Shown here: piece by piece, positions 23,831 to 37,004 of the stretch | Numbering within the stretch: position 1 is the stretch's first letter | Layout: every line of letters starts with the position of its first letter | Assembly (NCBI RefSeq): GCF_006345805.1 | Contig: NC_043006.1 | Span: 2,480,001 to 2,544,000, forward strand | Length of the DNA stretch: 64,000 bases | Direction of reading: 5' to 3' | Source of the DNA: Octopus sinensis | Lineage: Eukaryota | Program-made: the position numbers and the translations under genes | Notes under the pieces: generated by a model | Seen by the model: the letters and a program-made list of their open reading frames with translations, nothing else | What the model was told of the DNA's origin: nothing | Databases searched by the model: none

Positions 23831-25184
23831 TGTAAAACAGGGTTGAGAGGACTCTTTAGTCTTGCTGATTGGTGCCTTTATAAAATGGATGCAGTACGTT
23901 TGGTAAAGTGGTTGGCAAATGAATGGAGACAGTGTACAGTAGAGAGAACTCTTTAGTGTTACTGAAGACATAATAACCTCTCTAGTGCTGGTGCCATAAT
24001 AAAATGCACCCAGTACATTCTGTAAAGCGAATACTGATAAGAAGGGTATAGAAAATATACCCAAAATGGAGTATATGAACAAAATGTGGGCCTGGTTTGT
24101 TTAGATGAGTTGTAGCTTCAAATAAGAACTTATATGGTCCAGGATGACCTGACCAACCCATATCAGCATGGCAAAGTGAATGTAAAAATGACAATGACCA
24201 TATATTTGGAAGTAATATGAAGAAAGTACTTAGTATGAAGTAGAACTAAATTTATAGTTTTGTCACATGATATGTTATATATTATCTTGTATTAATTGTT
24301 TTATCATTTCCACTACTCTGGTTACACCCGGGCAGTTAGAAGAATGAGTAAAAATATCTGTTGATGATAATAAATCTCTGGCATCCTTATACAGAATGGT
24401 TTATGTGACAAGAGAAGCCAGAACCAGGAGATGAGAAAAGTAAAGACATTATGGTGGAATTCTGGTTTAAGCAGCACACATGACTCCTCATAACTTGTTT
24501 ATTTTTTGGAATTAAAAAAAAATCTTTGTGAATTTGTGTTCTACACATGGGAATTCATATGATTATGAAAAAAAAAAAAGAATTTAAAAAATCTTTTAAA
24601 CCTCCCACCCCATAAATCCTAAAAGTTCCACTCTTTTTTTAATCTTTTTTTTTTAAGTCAGAGTTTAAAATCTGGACAGCCTGAATTCTTTGCTTAAAGT
24701 CCATCAATGGACTACCCTTAGGTGCATTGTCATTCCATTAGATATGTTTAGAGGAAGAAAAATATTGAAAAACATCAATACAGGCCAGAATGACAAAGAA
24801 ATGAGGAAGGTATCAAGGTGGTCCTGAGATATGCTAAAGACAACAGCCAAATAACCCTTAAGTCACACATACAAAAAAAAAAAAAAATTGGCTTTTCATA
24901 ATTGTATGAATTCTTATGAGTAGAAACACAAATTTGCAAATATTTTCTGAAAATTTCCCAGAATAGAAAAAAATATGAGGGGTTATTTTGGGGTGCTTAA
25001 TCCAGAATTCTGCTGACATTATAACATGGCATGTCTGTGTACACAATTATAGCTGGTCGCAGTCCTAAGTTGATCTTTGTAGACTTATGGCTGAATAGAA
25101 TTTTCCATTTATGTACTTCTACCTATTTCTGATATTGCTATATTCACTTGTTGCTGAATTATGTACTCCACAAACTCAAAATCA

Positions 25185-25626
25185 AATTCAATGACTGGCA
25201 TTCGTGCTAGTGGACCGCTAAGAGTGCCCTATGAGCGTGATCGTTACCAGAGCAACAAGCTGGCCTCTGTGCCAATGGCGCATAAAAAGCACGATTCGAG
25301 TGGTTCGTTACCTGCGTCGCCTTACTGGCACTTGTGCCGGTGGCACGTGAAAAAACATTCAAGTGAGGTCGTTGCCAGTGCTGCTGGACTGGCTCCTGTG
25401 CAGGTGGCACATAAAAAGCACCATTTGAGTGTGGCTGTTGCCAGTACTGCCTGACTGGCCCTCGTGCTGGTGGCACGTAAAAGCACCCACTACACTCTCA
25501 GAGTGGTTGGCGTTAGGAAGGGCATCCAGCTGGCAGATCAGATTGGAGTTTGGTGCAGCCATCTGGTTCGCCAGACCTCAGTCAAATCGTGACGTTAAAC
25601 GACGACAACGATGATGATGATGATGA
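25185..25626 (+). mobile_element. RTE LINE 3' UTR fragment
   Basis: Repeated GGTGGCAC(G/A)TAAAA modules, TGGTTGGCGTTAGGAAGGGCATCCAGC, ends GACGTTAAACGACGAC..(GAT)n. Confidence 0.8.
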
Positions 25627-26082
25627 ATGCTTGTAGGATCTGAATTATTATTAACTGATAGTGACTCTGTTGAAATATGGTTGTGATGTTTTGTGGCTTC
25701 TTCTTGAGCCAAGGAATTGAAGGATGATGATAATGAATGCTGTCTCTTCAGGAGATAACAGATGTATTTCTATTGAAAGCAGGTCTTAGGGCATTTAGGA
25801 AAGTGTCCCTGTTGGTTATTCCCATGTACCTAGAGGACATATGTTTCAATTAAATTACAGAATCTATTGAACAATATGGGACCTAAAAAGTAGCAGTCAT
25901 TGCTGAAAGTATTAGATATGTATCCCTTTTATCAAGAATTGTCTGAGCCTAGTTTTAATTTTTTGCAATATCTTTGTGTTGGACCCTATTTCTGTATATG
26001 TCAGACTTGGTCAAGGGCACCCATGTTTTGAAGAGGTATTGATTTGGATGAAACTTATTGGAGGCATGAACCAAATATTGCA

Positions 26083-26455
26083 GATGTGTGGCAAGAAGAT
26101 TGCTTCCTGACCACATGGTTCTGGGTTCAGTTCCACTGCATGGCACCTCAAGCATGTGTCTTCTACAATAGCCTTGGGTTGAACAAAGCCTTGTGTGTGT
26201 GGATTTGGTAGATGGAAAGTGAAAGAAACCTGATGTGTGCGTGTGTTTGCGTTGAGTGTGTGTCTGTGTTTGTCCTCCCATCACCACTTGATATCCCCAT
26301 AACTTAGTTGTTCAGCAAAAGAGACTAATAGAATAAGTACCAGGCTTAAAAAAACAAGCACTGGGGTCTATTTGTTTGACTGTAATTTTTCAAGGTGATG
26401 TCCCATCATGGCCACAATCTAAATAATTGAAAGAAGTAAAAGATAAAAGATTAAA
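26083..26455 (+). mobile_element. SINE family A
   Basis: GGTTCAGTTCCACTGCATGGCACCTC.. through tail AAGTAAAAGATAAAAGA. Confidence 0.85.
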
Positions 26456-26924
26456 AAAAAGAAATCAAATAGATCAAGGATTGTGGAACGATTTCAACTG
26501 GGAAATCTATCTCCAGATGCATCTTTGAAATTCATTCAACAGCAGGAAATTATTTCATCGCATGAAGTACAGTTTATTTTTCTCTGAAAGTTTTGAAGGT
26601 GTAAAGTTTATGGCTATGAATGAACACGTGTTTCTGAAAGGGGAAATGTGCAGCAGCTGCAAAGATACGTAAATAGTGCTGTTGGAGAAAAAGGAAAAAA
26701 ATAAAAAAAAAAAACCAGAACTTTCAGTAAGTTTGAAAGGTAAAAACAGAAAATGTGGATAATGAGACATTAGAGATACAGAGATAAGGTAAATAAACTT
26801 TTGCCTCAAGTTAAATTGCATCAGTTTAAAAATGGAAGTGGATACAGGCTGTAAGCTTACCTTTATTTTAGGAACCTTTTGCATACTCAGTGGTCAACCA
26901 AAACTTCCCAAGAATAAAGGACTC

Positions 26925-27280
26925 TTAACCCTTTCATTACTGTATTTATTTTGAGATGTTCTGTGTTTCTTTCAATTAATTTAAATATAACAAAGAATTT
27001 AGTAAAATAACTTAATTACCATTAAGCTAGTGTTAGGAATATAAATTGCAACTAATGTTTGGTGGTATATTTTGATGCAAAACTTATGAAAACAAGACAT
27101 TTGTACTACAGAGCCAGAGCCGGTTTCAGCAGGGTTGGTAATGAAAGGGTTAAGCTGGTGTTAGGAACATAAATTGTGACTAAAGTTTGGTGGAAGATTT
27201 TAATTCAAAACTTATGAAAACAAGACATTTGTACTCAGAGCCAGAGCCGGTTTCAGCCGGGTTGGTAATGAAAGGGTTAA
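26925..27280. mobile_element. piggyBac-type MITE with a TTAA-bounded duplication of its right half
   Basis: TTAA|CCCTTTCATTAC left end; GTAATGAAAGGG|TTAA occurs twice (27149, 27276); 27022-27149 is repeated at 27150-27276. Confidence 0.8.
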
Positions 27281-27537
27281 ACTTTATTCATTTGGTAGAT
27301 CAAATACTAAAATTGGTCTGCTTTGAAGATAAATTAGAAATAGGCACTCAATTTGAAGTTAGACTTGTGATGGTAGGGGTTGTGTTAAAAATTCTAGTAC
27401 TTCTGGGACTGATGTACTAAATATTGGGAGCTCAAGACTAATCAAATCTGGTATGTTTATTTTAACACTATAGGTATGCTTAAATTTTGTAAAACTAATA
27501 CTAGATTAAAAGAAAGTGCACATAGGCTTGGCTTGGT

Positions 27538-28257
27538 TTGGCTGTGTGGTAAGAAGCTTGCTTTCCAGCCACATGCTTCACAGGGTTCAGTCTCACTGCA
27601 TGGCACCTTGGGCAAGTGTCTTCTGCTATAACCTTGTGCCAACAAAAACCTTGTGAGTGGATTTGGTAGATGGAAACTGAAAGGAGCCTATCGTATATAC
27701 ATATATATGATGATCATCATCATTTAATGTCTGTCTTCCATGCTGGCATGGGTTGGATGGTCAACGAACTAGCCAGGTAGGAGACTACACCAGGCTACTG
27801 TGTCTGTTTTGGCATGGTTTTCATAGTTGGATGCCCTTTCTAACACCAACCTCCCCACAGAGAAGACTGAGTGCTTTTTATGTAGCAGCAGCACAGGTGA
27901 GGTCAGTTTTGGCTTGGTTTTTACAGCTGGAGGCTCTTTCAAATAACAACCACTTCACAGTGTGGACTGGATGCTTTTTATGTGGTACCATCACCAGTAT
28001 ATGTACATGTGTGTGTTTGTGTGTGTGTTTGTGTGTGTGTGCGTGTGTTTGTTCCCCATCACCACTTGACAATCAGTGTTGGTATGTTTATGTTCCTTTA
28101 ACTTAGTGGTTCGGCAAAAGGGACTGATAGAATAAGTACCAGACTTAAATGAAAAAAAATAAGTACTGAGGTTGATTCATTTGACTAAAAATTCTCCAAG
28201 GCAGTGCCCCAGCATGGCCACAGCCTAATGTCTGAAACAAGTAAAAGTAAAATAAAA
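27538..28257 (+). mobile_element. SINE family A interrupted by an RTE 3' fragment (27710-27995, minus)
   Basis: A head at 27538-27690; (CAT)n-started RTE tail inserted in the internal microsatellite; A 3' half resumes near 27996. Confidence 0.8.
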
Positions 28258-28467
28258 AGACATATTGTACTTTGAATCTCAGAAACCAGGGCATTTCAGA
28301 GCGTGTTCTCCCTTGAGGTAGCAATGCTCACCAATCAATATTATATGAAAATCAAACAGAGATTTATGTGTATATATATATATATATTATTTATAAGGTA
28401 GGCATTAATCATAAGCATTATTCACATTTGTATCCCATTCCAAATATTGAATCCACCTTTCATTCAG

Positions 28468-28468
28468 C

Positions 28469-28534
<66 letters not shown>

Positions 28535-28639
28535 TATACACACAGCCGATTAGACTGTTGGAAAAGAAAAATTCCTGACATCAGGCTACAACAAGTAACC
28601 TTAGATGCCAGGAACCCTCCTAAGTATCCTAGCTGCTCC

Positions 28640-28688
<49 letters not shown>

Positions 28689-28705
28689 GTTATTGTTATT
28701 ATTAT
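28468..28705. repeat. Two (ATT)n tracts
   Basis: Direct reading. Confidence 0.95.
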
Positions 28706-28734
28706 TAAACTAATTTTTTTTCTTGCAAAATTCA

Positions 28735-29413
28735 TCCTTGATAGTGACTACCACCAAATTTAGATTGATGGTAGTTTCAAGGATATGACTACAATTAACA
28801 TGCTTATGGATTTATTGAAATGGACTTGAATGCCATTGGTATAAAACTGCCAGAGCCATTTTTCAGAATGCAATAGAAAAGACCTTCAAAGATATAATAA
28901 CGTCATTGAAGGATAGAATAAAATAGCTTATCTGTATAATGTCTGAGTGCAATTGTGGATGGACTGAACTTAATGTCAAAATTGTATTGCATTACTTTGC
29001 TTGAATGTCTCTCACTTGAGAAGAATGAATATTAATCAAGGCTAAGGTATATTTTTTGGATAATCTATCTAAAGGAAGATGCTTCTCAGATCAATGCCCA
29101 GAAAATATAAGATATTTTATCCAGCTGCTAATAAGAGAAAGGGTTGGAGTACATTTTTTTTTATTAATGATAGGTTGGTTTTTATGGTTGTTATTTACCA
29201 AAGTAGTTAGAAATAATCGATTCATTTGCAAATTTGCACAAAAAAATGCTGGGGAAATGTTCAGCAAATAGCGTTTGATAATATAAAAAGGACTTTTGCT
29301 GAGAGTCCTGTTGTGCATTTTTTCATTACCAATATAGATTCCACTTTGACTATTGATACTAGTGAACATGCTATGTCAGGTATCTTATCACAGAATGAGC
29401 CAATGCTATATGT
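28735..29413 (+). pseudogene. Ty3/Gypsy reverse transcriptase-RNase H remnant
   Basis: DSDYHQI*IDGSFKDMTTIN..W..MP(F)GIKTARAIFQ (RT) and QQIAFDNIKRTFAESPVV..LTIDTSEHAMSGILSQ (RNase H DAS motif); ends at a SINE E insertion. Confidence 0.75.
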
Positions 29414-29655
29414 GGAAGCGCGTGGCTTAGTGGTTAGGGTGTCAGACTCATGATTGTAAGATTGTGGTTTTGATTCCTGGATTGGGTGATGCTTTGTGTT
29501 CCTGAGCGAAATGACTTCCTTTCACATTGCTCCAGTCCACTCAACTGGCAAAAACGTGAGTAATCCTGTGACGAACCAGGTGGAAAATATATCTGCCATG
29601 AAACCAGGAAACCAGTGCCTATGAGTTGCCATGACTCAAGAAGGTAACTTTACCA
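29414..29655 (+). mobile_element. SINE family E (tRNA head + CORE-like domain)
   Basis: GCGTGGCTTAGTGGTTAGGGTGTC (A box), TTCACATTGCTCCAGTCCACTCA; homologous to 54527 and 55862. Confidence 0.8.
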
Positions 29656-29679
29656 TTATTAACCAGTGCTTTATTTATG

Positions 29680-29938
29680 AAGAGACAAATACTGAAAGAA
29701 AGAGGATGAAGTGAGCGAAAGAAAAACAGAAACTCGCCTCCAAAGAAAAGCTCAGTTGATGGAAGGAAAATCCAGCAGTGCTGGCAGAGAGCTGCTTCCA
29801 ATGCAGTTGTTGTATGCGTGACTGCCACTCCCATGTAGGCCTGTACAGCCACAACAGATACTGCACCACCATCAGCAGCTGACACGATTTCTTTTGGCAC
29901 AGATCCATGGCCTCTTGAGACTGATGGATACCTACTCT
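29680..29938 (+). mobile_element. 3' end of a second, BovB-like RTE LINE
   Basis: FQCSCCMRDCHSHVGLYSHNRYC* (29796-29882), a C-terminal CCHC-type motif typical of RTE ORF2, then tail CCATGGCCTCTTGAGACTGATGGATACC. Confidence 0.7.
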
Positions 29939-29940
29939 TT

Positions 29941-30346
29941 TATTCTTTTACTCTTTTACTCTTTTACTTGTTTCAGTCAGTTGACTGCGGCCATGTTGTA
30001 GCACTGCCTTTAGTCGAGTAACTCGACCCCGGGACTTATTCTTTGTAAGCCCAGTACTTATTCTATCAGTCTCTTTTGCCGAACCGCTAAGTGACGGGAC
30101 ATAAACACACCAGCATCGGTTGTCAAGCAATGCTAGGGGGACAAACACAGACACACAAACGTACACGCACATATATATATATATACATATATACGACGGG
30201 CTTCTTTCAGTTTCCGTCTACCAAATCCACTCACAAGGCTTTGGTCGGCCCGAGGCTATAGTAGAAGACACTTGCCCAAGGTGCCACGCAGTGGGACTGA
30301 ACCCGGAACCATGTGGTTGGTAGGCAAGCTACTTACCACACAGCCA
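29941..30346 (-). mobile_element. SINE family A, young full-length copy
   Basis: CpG-rich, near-consensus reverse complement from TTACCACACAGCC to (TTTTACTC)n tail. Confidence 0.9.
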
Positions 30347-30837
30347 CATCTATAAAGAAAATTAATCACTGTTGAATTTAATTCATTCAGGCATTGAAAA
30401 GGGAACTTCAGTAATTGTATACACTACAACCACAGTGAACATTTATTTTTTACTTGGAAGTAAGTTCTTAAGATTTGATCATTGTTGCATTTCATTTATT
30501 TGTTTTTCATCTATACAAGGAAATTTCAAGAGTTATATTTTCATAAATTATTCTGCTACAACTGACAGTATTTAACTGATATTCAACATGTTAATGGAAA
30601 TTTCATTCCCTAGTATCATAAAGTTGACAACAACCTTATGATTCTCATTCTGTTAATATATTTTATTTACTGTATAGAAACTAATGTGTTGTGTCTCCAC
30701 TAACCACAGTTTACTGTGGAGACTGTGAATTTTGAGCTTGAGATAATACTGGTTCGATGAGTCTACTCTGCCATGCTAGCTCAACATGGCTTGGAATAAG
30801 GGTTCGGTTTTTATACTCTTACCCAGGAGCAGTTAAA

Positions 30838-31005
30838 CTGATTACATCAACCCCATTACTCAACTGGTACTTATTTTATCAACACTGAAAGGATGAAAGG
30901 CAAAGTCAACTTTGGTGGAATTTAAACTCAGAACGTAAGGATGGATGAAATACCGCTAAGCATTTCACGCAGCATGCTAACAATTTTATCAGCTCATTAG
31001 CTTGA
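30838..31005 (-). mobile_element. SINE family B
   Basis: AACTGGTACTTATTTTATC..GAAAGGATGAAAGGCAAAGTCAAC..AACTCAGAACG. Confidence 0.8.
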
Positions 31006-32685
31006 TAGCATAGCTTTGGAAAATATTTCATGAAGGGAAATTATTTTCAGAATTAAAAAGAAATACTTTAACTGCTCCAATGCTGAAAAACCTTATAAGC
31101 ACGTCATACATAGATTTATTCTGGAAACAGTATACTTTGCAGTTGAGAGCTCAATGTTCTGTCTAAAGTATTCAGGAGACAAAATGGTAAAAGAAGTATA
31201 TTCATAATGGTGTCTGCTGTGGCTATTCTGCTACATGAAGTCATCACAAACTTGAAGCATGGTGACCTGGTTATTGACATGGTGTATAAGGCTACATTCA
31301 CTGATGTTTTAAATGTTGTGAAATCAAAAATTTACCAGAAAACAGACTTCATTCATGGTCTAAAGATTTAGAACAATGGACTTCGGTGCACAAAGATCGT
31401 GCTTGTATCAGTAGTATAGAATTGTTGCTGATAATAGTTGATTTTTCTGTGTACTTAACTTAAGAAAATTGGTAACATTTCTCATAAGAGAATTTCATAT
31501 AACCTGCAATTGAATGGAATTGCTGTTTGTATTATACAAACAATTGAAATGAGATCAAAGGTTTTCTCCCCTCACTCAAATAATTTTCCCTCCTGACTAT
31601 TACTCACTTGTTACACTATTTCTCCTGCTTGTAGATTACAAAATCTTTCTGCATTAATGTGATGTCAGATTCACGTACTCTTGACTATTGATGGGTATGG
31701 AATGATATCAGAAGAATAATTCTACATCTGAAATTACAAAATTTGTGATGCAAGCTGGAAACAGCACTACTCTTATTGCAAGGAATGGAACTGGAATATT
31801 GGTTTAGGCTGATCAAATTAGGAATGCACAACGAGAAGCAGGAGAATACAAGAGAAATAAGAATGAAGTTAGTAGTGATGGTGATGATGATGCCAGTGCT
31901 GATATTAATACCTCAGTACATTTGAAGAACATCCATGTTGTAATGCCTTAGCTGTCCCCATGTTTCGGCTTGAGGATCTCTTGTCTTATACAAAACGCTG
32001 TGTATATGGAGGCACTTTATTTCATATCAAATTTATTTTTACCGACACTTTTACACTACATTTTCACAGTTACACTTTTCCGATGACAGTACATAAATTT
32101 CTTATTCCACAACGTATTTGTAGTGGCTTCATGCAGGCATGGATTTGATCCTTGATTGCCAAATTTCACTTAACACTTCAACAGCGCTTTTCTCATGGTA
32201 AAACAATAGTTTTTCTGTGAATGGCAGCTGTTATACATTTCCCAGAAGCTTTCACTAAGCAAAATAATGTCTTTGCTACTTGACCCTTCTAACATCTTCT
32301 AGGCCACCAGGGGCTGGAATGGAGATAACAGACCTCCAACAAAATCATTTGTTCTCAACAATATGTGTATTCTTCAGGCTGCTTTTCAATGGTTATAAAA
32401 ACAAGAACTCTGTCAGCTAACGGCAGTTACTGAGGGTGACCATCAGTGAGTGTGAACATTATTATTACACTCTTCATAAAGTTTACCTTTAAAATGCCAC
32501 AACGAGTTACAGTACTTTCTCGCCAACCTCTGAAAACCTCTCTTGCCAACCTCTAACAATCTCTCCCTCCTCCAGCCAACAGTTTTTTGTACTTTTACGG
32601 AATGGAAAATACACCTTTTGTGGTAGTTATAACGAAATTGCTTTCTTATACCAGAGTAATAAGGCGTTTCAATAGAACATCTTTA

Positions 32686-32716
32686 CCCATGGGAATTACC
32701 GGGTACACCAGCTAGT
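32686..32716 (+). mobile_element. Helitron-type 3' terminus
   Basis: Imperfect hairpin CCCATGGGAATTACCGGG followed by CTAG|T at 32712-32716; 5' end not located. Confidence 0.5.
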
Positions 32717-32721
32717 ATATG

Positions 32722-32760
<39 letters not shown>

Positions 32761-32770
32761 ATTATTATTA

Positions 32771-33310
32771 TTATATAAAATCCGTTCTGTCTGTCTGTCT
32801 GTATGTGTGTGTGTCTTCTAGGATCTCGGGCATCCTCCATCCGATTGCGCTCAAATTATATATGTAGATACCAACGGTATCAGGGCGTGTATAAGTCTTG
32901 AAAAAATTACAAAAATCGATTCCAGGTGAGAATGTGATCGATAAAGCCGTTTTTGTCCTGCTTTTCTTCCGTCAACCTGTACAGAACTGCACCTTCAATT
33001 TTTTGTTGTTTTTGTACTGCTTAAAGGCACGTTTCTTTCCTGCCAAGCTTACTGTTTAAACCATGTTTGTGTTCTCTCAGTCAACAGCCTTATCATTACT
33101 GGTACTTTAAACTCTTCGGTTGCATATTTGCGTGAGTAAGATCGTTTTTCTTTGGAATAGAAAAAAAGTCTATCTTTATTTCTTCTTTTGCTGATGTCTC
33201 AAATTTAGGTTAAATCAGTGTTTCTCAAAGGGGAGGCCTATGGGACGATCGGACAAGTTGTTCTGAGAAAATTGGGTTTAAATGTTTGACAACTCAGCAC
33301 CGTCCATTGG
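32771..33310 (+). mobile_element. Helitron/DINE-1-like non-autonomous element, 5' part
   Basis: TATATAAAA start, (CTGT)n tract, GGATCTCGG..CATCCGATTGCGCTCAAA motif typical of DINE-1/HINE-like elements; no 3' CTAG found. Confidence 0.5.
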
Positions 33311-33334
33311 ACGGGGGGGGGGGGCGTTTTGCTC

Positions 33335-33570
33335 GTATATATATGTATGTGTGTTTGTATGTTTGTGTGTCTGTGTTTGTGCCCCCAACATCGCTTGAAA
33401 ACCAATACTAGTGTGTTTATGTCCCTGTAACTTAGCAGTTCGGCAAAAGAGACTGATAGAATAAGTACTAGGCTTACAAAAAATAAGTCCTTGGGTTGAT
33501 TTACTTGACTAAAGGTGGTGCTCCAGCATGACCGCAGTCAAATGACTGAAACAAGTAAAAGAATAAAAGA
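33335..33570 (+). mobile_element. SINE family A, 3' half
   Basis: GTCTGTGTTTGTGCCCCCAACATCGC..AAGTACTAGGCTTAC..GAAACAAGTAAAAGA. Confidence 0.85.
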
Positions 33571-33619
33571 ATATAAATAGTAAGTTTTAAGTAAGTAGAA
33601 AAATAGACAAATCACAAGT

Positions 33620-34636
33620 CCCCTCTGGGAGATGGCCCTGCTCGGTATGTAAGAAGGGTGTTGGTAGAAACTCCTTGTGTTGTACCCAGTCCTAGCTTCA
33701 GACACATAAGAGGTGTAGTGGTGTCATGGGAAGGTTAATGGAGAATACAGCCTTTGTGTGTGGCAAATGTGCAGGTACAATAAGCACTAAAAATGGTCCC
33801 TCAAATGCTTGTGGGTGGGGGATCATTAGAAGTAATAAATACCTACTGTGACCTTGGAGACCAAATTAGCAGTGGTGGAGAGAGTTTTGAAAGTGTGGTT
33901 GCTAGAATAAGAATAGGCTGGGCAAAGTTCAGAGAGCTTCTACCTTTGTTGGTAAGTAAAGGCCTCTTCTTCAGACTAAAAGACAAATTGTATGATGCCT
34001 GTGTACATACAGCTATGAATGGCAGTGAAGCATGAGCTTTGACTAAAGAGGACTTGTGAAGGTTTGAAAGAAGTGAAGCTAGCATGCCCTGCTGGATGGG
34101 TTACTGTCAGTGTGCACACATGACAGAGTGTCAATGATTTATGAGGAGAACTGGGTACAAGAGACATCAAATGTTGTGTGCAAGAGAGAAGACTGCACTG
34201 GTTTGGTCATGTGGTGCATTTGGATGAGGACAGCTGTGTAAAGAAAGGCCGAGCTTTAATTGTGGAAGGGATAGACCCAGGAAGACATGGGATGAAGTGG
34301 TGAGAAAGGATCTTCAGTTACTGGGCCTCACTGAAGAAATGACAAGGGACCGAGAGATGGGATTTGCTGTACTTGATAAGACATGTCAAGCTCAGTAAAA
34401 TCGCCCTGGCTTGTCCTTTCAGGGGCCGGTGCCACATAAAGGGCACCTGTGCTGGTGGCATGCAAAAAGCACACAGCACTCTCTGTTAAGTGGTTGGCGT
34501 GAGGAAGAGCATCCATCCTGAGAAACCATGTTACAACAGACAGTTGGAATCTGGACAGCTCCCTACTAGCCAGCTCCATGTCAAACTATCCAACCCATGC
34601 CAGCATGGAAAGTAAATGTTAAACGATGATGATGAG
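33620..34636 (+). mobile_element. 5'-truncated RTE LINE (late RT, thumb, C-terminus, 3' UTR)
   Basis: SLEVINTYCDLGDQISSGG..ARIRIGWAKFRELLPLL..KLYDACV; ERRLHWFGHVV; RPRKTWDEVVRKDL; UTR ends CCAACCCATGCCAGCATGGAAAG..TTAAAC(GAT)n. Confidence 0.85.
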
Positions 34637-34666
34637 TGTATATATATGTATATATATATATATGTA

Positions 34667-34718
<52 letters not shown>

Positions 34719-36665
34719 AGAGTATTGTAATTTGCTTGAAGCATTGCAGTATGTAAAAACAAGAGAAATGTTTGTAAAACATTTGTGTTATACGGGTGAG
34801 AAGTTAATCAAAACATGTAACGTCCCTTGCATTGGTTTTTATTGTTAGTTTTCCAGTTGTTTGATCAACTAAACTGCTTACTTAGTCTATTATAAATAAC
34901 GTAAATGGTTGAGTATTCCAATGGCACTTGTATGCTTGATATAATTCTTAGGCAGAATCAGTTTGACACAATGTGTATGTGTGTGTGAGGAAAAGCTGGA
35001 TATCAGAATTTCAGGTACAGTCCTTCTGATGGGCTTCCACACAGTTTCCATCTACTGAATTTCATTCAAAGTCTTGAGTTGCCTTGAGACTCTAGTAGAA
35101 GACACTTGCTCCAGTTGGTATGTGGTGAGATTGAACCCATATAGTAGTAGTAACAGCAGCTGCAGCAGCAGTAGTAGTAGTACTAGTATGAGGGCTTGCA
35201 CTGTTGACATTCACCATTTATTGGTGATTCCTTACTCCTGGTGGATGACATCTTTGCACCACTAAGGTGACAACCCTCCAACCCATGGGTTCGTTTGGGT
35301 AGTCGTTGCTGCTATGGGTTTTATGAGGTTGACCTCAACCTCTTTTAGTCAGCTTTTACAAAGGAAATGTTGGGTCTATTCTTTGACATGTTAGCTCCCA
35401 CACAACACTAGAGCACTGTGAAATGGAAGTGTTTTGCTCAAGGACACATGCTGCCTGGTCCAGGAATTGAACCCATGATGTATCAATTATGAATGCAACC
35501 CCCTAACCACATTATCATCACATATAATGTCCATTTTGTTTCCCATGTTGGCATAAAGTTATACAAGTTTCATAGCATCTTACCATCATTTGACACTTAC
35601 AGCAATAGTGAAAACTGCCAGTTTTTGTTGGTATGTATTTCATATTTTTGGGCATTATTTTACGATTGCCTACCCTTCTTATCACCAACCACTTTACCAC
35701 ATGGCCTTTACAACCTGCCAAAATATTTGTGAGGTTGTTTGCAGATAAACTAAAGATGCTGCTCTATTCAATATTAGTCTTTATTGAGAGTTACTTCTCT
35801 CCTACACAATTTGCTTGTGCAGCAGTTTGCAGAATCCACATCTCTGCTTGTTTTTATATGTAAAAATATATTGGATGGTGAAGAGGTTGAGAGTTTCTGT
35901 AAAATAATTTTTGTGTGGGTTTAGAAATTCTGCAGAGAGCATATGGTTTCTGTTAATGAAAGGTCTGTGTCTCGACCTATTTGTGTACCATTCTCATTCA
36001 GTCCGGTCAGAATGATTTATGCTGTTTTACAATGTTTATATCCTGGCCGAATAAAATTATTTGCATTTTATAGTCTTGCTGTTGCTGTCTAGGGGTTATA
36101 ACTGCCCGAAGTTATTTCAGAACTAGAATATTGATAGAATTATGTTGTTTTATAACATCAGTTAATTTGCATGCTCTTTGATACGTTACAGGAAATTCTT
36201 TCTATATATATATATATTTGCGTGTATGAATGTAAAGATAATCTGCTCTAACTTTTCCAGGAGATTAACTTTATACTCCTCAACCTTTAACATCTTTAAA
36301 CTCATAAAGAGCTGCATCTAATATCATTTTGCAGTACTTACAAGTTTTGGTTGCCCTGGGGGCTAAGTGAATTTGTGTATGTTTGTGTGGAAACATGCAT
36401 GCATGCGTGTGTCTGTATGTGTGTGAGTCTGTATATGTTTGAGTCTGTGTGTATGTTTGTTTCTACTTATATGCTTGTGATTGTATGCATTTGTCCTTGC
36501 TAGTTCAAGAACACCACTAATATTTACTTTCCATTCTGTTTTCAATATTTACATTTGGTTGATATAATATTTTCGTTTTTATTTACTACTCTGCTATATG
36601 ATTGTGAGAAGGCTAATGTCTGTGTGTGTGTGTGTGTGCATGTGTGTGTGCATGTGTGTGTGTAT

Positions 36666-36707
<42 letters not shown>

Positions 36708-37004
36708 GTAACTATATAATTAAATCCACACCATAGTGATATGGAATTAGTTAAGTGGACACAAGCAATCATCTGTGGATGTTAAGCTGAGGTGGAAATG
36801 AAAGCCATGGTGTGGATTTTACTGGACTAAAACAATCATCTATGAACAAATTATCTTAATCTTGTGTGAACCATGAAACCTTTCTATTTGGCTGGTAACT
36901 GCTTTTCCTTGGCAATCTTAGCAACAGAATGAGCTATGATGAATCGTGAAAAAATTTTCCATACTGCATATTCAGTTCAAATATTTTGTCTTTGCTAGGG
37001 TGGC

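Noticed and set aside
28735-29413. Idea that this RT-RNase H fragment is the piece deleted from the 46-49 kb Gypsy element
   Set aside because: Opposite strand, 17 kb away, no shared flanks or LTR; more simply an independent relic.
31100-32500. Coding-looking stretches, e.g. MVSAVAILLHEVITNLK and an acidic SSDGDDD run
   Set aside because: Short stop-interrupted frames with no motif I can name; possibly very old transposon debris.
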